This document shows positions 61,254 to 64,000 of a stretch of 64,000 nt of DNA, in pieces. Source of the stretch: the human T2T-CHM13v2.0 reference genome, Homo sapiens. Position 1 is the stretch's first letter. The number at the start of each line of letters is the position of its first letter. The stretch is taken from NCBI RefSeq assembly GCF_009914755.1, contig NC_060937.1; one strand, written 5' to 3'. The notes under the pieces are model-generated. The model was not told where the DNA came from. It made no database searches and was given only the letters and a program-made list of their open reading frames with translations. The translations under genes and the position numbers were made by a program.

Positions 61254-62289
61254 TTAATATAAATTTTAGAATACTACTGAATTCAATAGTGCATTTAGTC
61301 AGAAATAGTTAAAATATCTCCCAAACAGCTTGAATCACTCCTTTTTGAACACATTGTTTTTTGAAGGTTACAGTCAAGTCCAAGAAAAAATTTTAAAATA
61401 GGAAAAGAATTAATCAAATCATTTCAAAATCATAGCAGTGTTTTAACAATGCCAATTATTTTGAGTTGAAGAAAAGAAGGAAAATGTAAACTATGCATTC
61501 AAGTAATGTCAATGCACCTTCTCAGGTGCAAAATGAATGAACAATTAACTGTGCCAGCTGAATATGTAGCAATCACGGCTTTTGCACATAGAAGCCTTCT
61601 GAATTATCTTATATTCTCAAAAATATCATTGCTCTAAACTAGAATTTTATTATAATTAATTTGTGCAAAAGTTGTCTTTCTTTCAATGAATGTTGTCTTT
61701 TTGAGGCATAAAGGAAATTTTAGGTGGAGGAGGAGAATAGAATACATGCTTACTGGGAGGACAAGTAATAATAGGTGAGTAAAAACACACAGCTTATTGA
61801 ATTGTCTCAGATCCACATTTTCTCCAGAAATGCAAAGTTATACTTGAAATCTATATTTAAACAGATAAGCAGAATGTGACTTTTATATGCTCTATTTTGA
61901 TGTATTCTGAGTATGAAGATAACCTGAAGGATGCCTTTTTCCCCTCTTTATCTTGGGGTAAACTCTTACTTACCCTTCAGAGACTTGACTCAAATATTTT
62001 CATTCTGCAATAACCACAGGTAGAATGGATCATTTACTCAGTTGTGGCTCTCTTAAGAGCACAGACTACCTATCATATTTATTTCAAAATTTGTAGTGCT
62101 TATCTCAGTGCTTGGCACAGAGGAAAGAAATACAATTTTTAATAAAGGCATAAGTGGAGAGGTAAAATACATATTTCTGGTTTCAACGTGTCCATATTCT
62201 TTCTTGTAAATGGAATATTGCGCTTGCAGTCTGCTCTCACACAATATCTGGGAAGGAGTTTTAAAGAGTGAGGAAGAACAGTAAAGATT

Positions 62290-62573
62290 TTCCTAGGCAG
62301 ATACGTTATGTGACCTTTGTTGATTTCCAGAGCACATAATATCCCAATTTCATCCAGTGGACAGGAAAAGAGAGGAAGAGGGAAAAGGTGGCCTCTCAAG
62401 TGCCTGACCTGGAAGCTGCACCTATCACTGTCCCTTGGGCAGAACTCAGTCACATGGTCAAAAGGAGTCTGCAAATAATTGTCCCCTGAGGAGCCGGGTG
62501 CTCAGTGAATGATTCTATTAAGTTGAAATCAGATGGGAACAGATCATTTAGGATAACCAGCAGGCTCTACCAC
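62290..62573 (-). mobile_element. Old MLT1 (J/K-like) LTR fragment
   Basis: ttgggcagaactcagtcacatggtc...cagcaggctctaccaca. Confidence 0.5.
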
Positions 62574-63432
62574 ATTGCCTAACTCCCAGGCATATTGTGA
62601 GAATTAAAAGCACCTTATATATGTCAACGTGTTTTGAAAAAATACAAAAAGCTCTACAAAAGTGAGCTATAAATTTATCATTAATAATAATAGTAATAAT
62701 AGCAAAATACTTGAGAAATGGTCCTCTTGAGCTGTTTAGAAGGAATCATACAAATGCATTAGACATGGTAGCCTCACTTAACTACTTAATTTGCCTCTTC
62801 TTTGAAATTATTTCAATAGCATTTGACCAAAAACTATCAAATCATTTTTGAAATAACGTATTTTTACATAAAACACATTATCAAATATCTTTCTGGATCC
62901 AGCTTGGTGGTAAAAAGATACATACTAAAGTTTATGACTGATATAACTTTATATATTGACTAAACCAAAGATAAATATTGATTGAACTTTTGTGGCCCCA
63001 GTTTCAATAGATTTTTTTATTAACATTTTTTGTTTGAAGTACAGATGTCACGTCATCCATGAACCGGTATCATTATAGCTTGATAAAATACTCAAACTGA
63101 AAGCAGTGATGTACATTAATTTTAAATATAATGGTTAAGCAAATGTTATTTCCATATCTATAAGTGCATTTTATTTGATAATTAGAATGTTAGAATCAGA
63201 AGGAATTTGGAAAATCCCAGGTTACACTTCTCTCCAGGACGAACTCCTTACAGTGGCTCTCCTGGGGTCAGCTAGCTTTTGCTTGACCCTTTGAAGCAGG
63301 AGGAACTCAGTTCCACTCAAGTTGCCCCCTTGATTTTCTCTTTCATATTGAACCTGCTGCTGCACAGGACTCCTCCGTGACTGTCTCTTTGCCTTCCTAA
63401 ATCTCAAAGAATAAAGCAAGTCACTTTTTGAC

Positions 63433-63483
63433 AAGACATCTTTCACATATTTGAAAAGACATCTTTCACATATTTGAAAAGAC
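63433..63483. repeat. Perfect 23-bp tandem duplication (2.2 copies)
   Basis: AAGACATCTTTCACATATTTGAA at 63433-63455 and 63456-63478, then AAGAC. Confidence 0.95.
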
Positions 63484-64000
63484 CAGTACGTTTTGTTCTT
63501 CCTAGAATTTTCTCCTTCATGCTAATGTCTGCTCCAAGAAGACATGGAGGTGACTGGACATTTAGTCAGGAACATTTCTTGAGAGCTTACCCTGTGGCAG
63601 GCAGGTGCAATGTTGAATTCTGAGAATATGAATGTAACCTTTGAACAGGTGGCTCTGTCTTCTGACGTTTCAGGATAAGGTGGAGGAGAGGAGAGGGGAA
63701 AGTCGACCTATCTCCCCAGCGGGGAGGGTTTAGGGTTGTCTGTGGGACCTGCCTCTGTCTCATCATCCATCACCATTGTCCTGCTGATGGGTGCAGAGGA
63801 CTGAGGACAAGTGGTTGGAGTTCTCCCTGTGCCGGACCCTGTAGAGAGTCCAGAGCCCTGGCTCCCAAAGGAGGCATATTTGTAGGGCTCTTTTCGTGAG
63901 GGTCCAGAGGACGGCTGCAAAGCTGCAGGGGAGGATGGGGGCATGGGAGGCAAGCCCGTTGCCCTGTCAGAGCCTCTTGGGGATGCTGCTCTTCCCCGCC

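Overview
Primate, almost certainly human, genomic DNA: about 55.7 kb of repeat-dense intergenic sequence upstream of KL (alpha-Klotho), then the KL CpG-island promoter, coding exon 1 (55755-56573, 273 codons, signal peptide plus N-terminal part of the KL1 GH1-like domain) and the first 7.4 kb of intron 1. KL is the only supportable protein-coding gene; all other ORFs trace to transposons, simple repeats or GC richness. I found no evidence of a wholly new gene system. The most interesting signals are regulatory and evolutionary: (i) a perfect DR3 vitamin-D response element created by a 9-bp duplication inside an Alu, fused to the Alu DR2, and a second DR3 inside a MER5A, matching my recollection of the two published distal KL VDREs; (ii) a candidate HNF1 + ERR kidney enhancer about 29 kb upstream; (iii) an inverted local copy of an idiosyncratic three-monomer Alu; (iv) a UGUA/AATAAA cluster 1 kb into intron 1 that could yield a truncated secreted Klotho; (v) a perfect 29-bp palindrome; (vi) several nested insertions with readable target-site duplications. 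Repeat subfamily names were assigned by eye and boundaries of old repeats are approximate.
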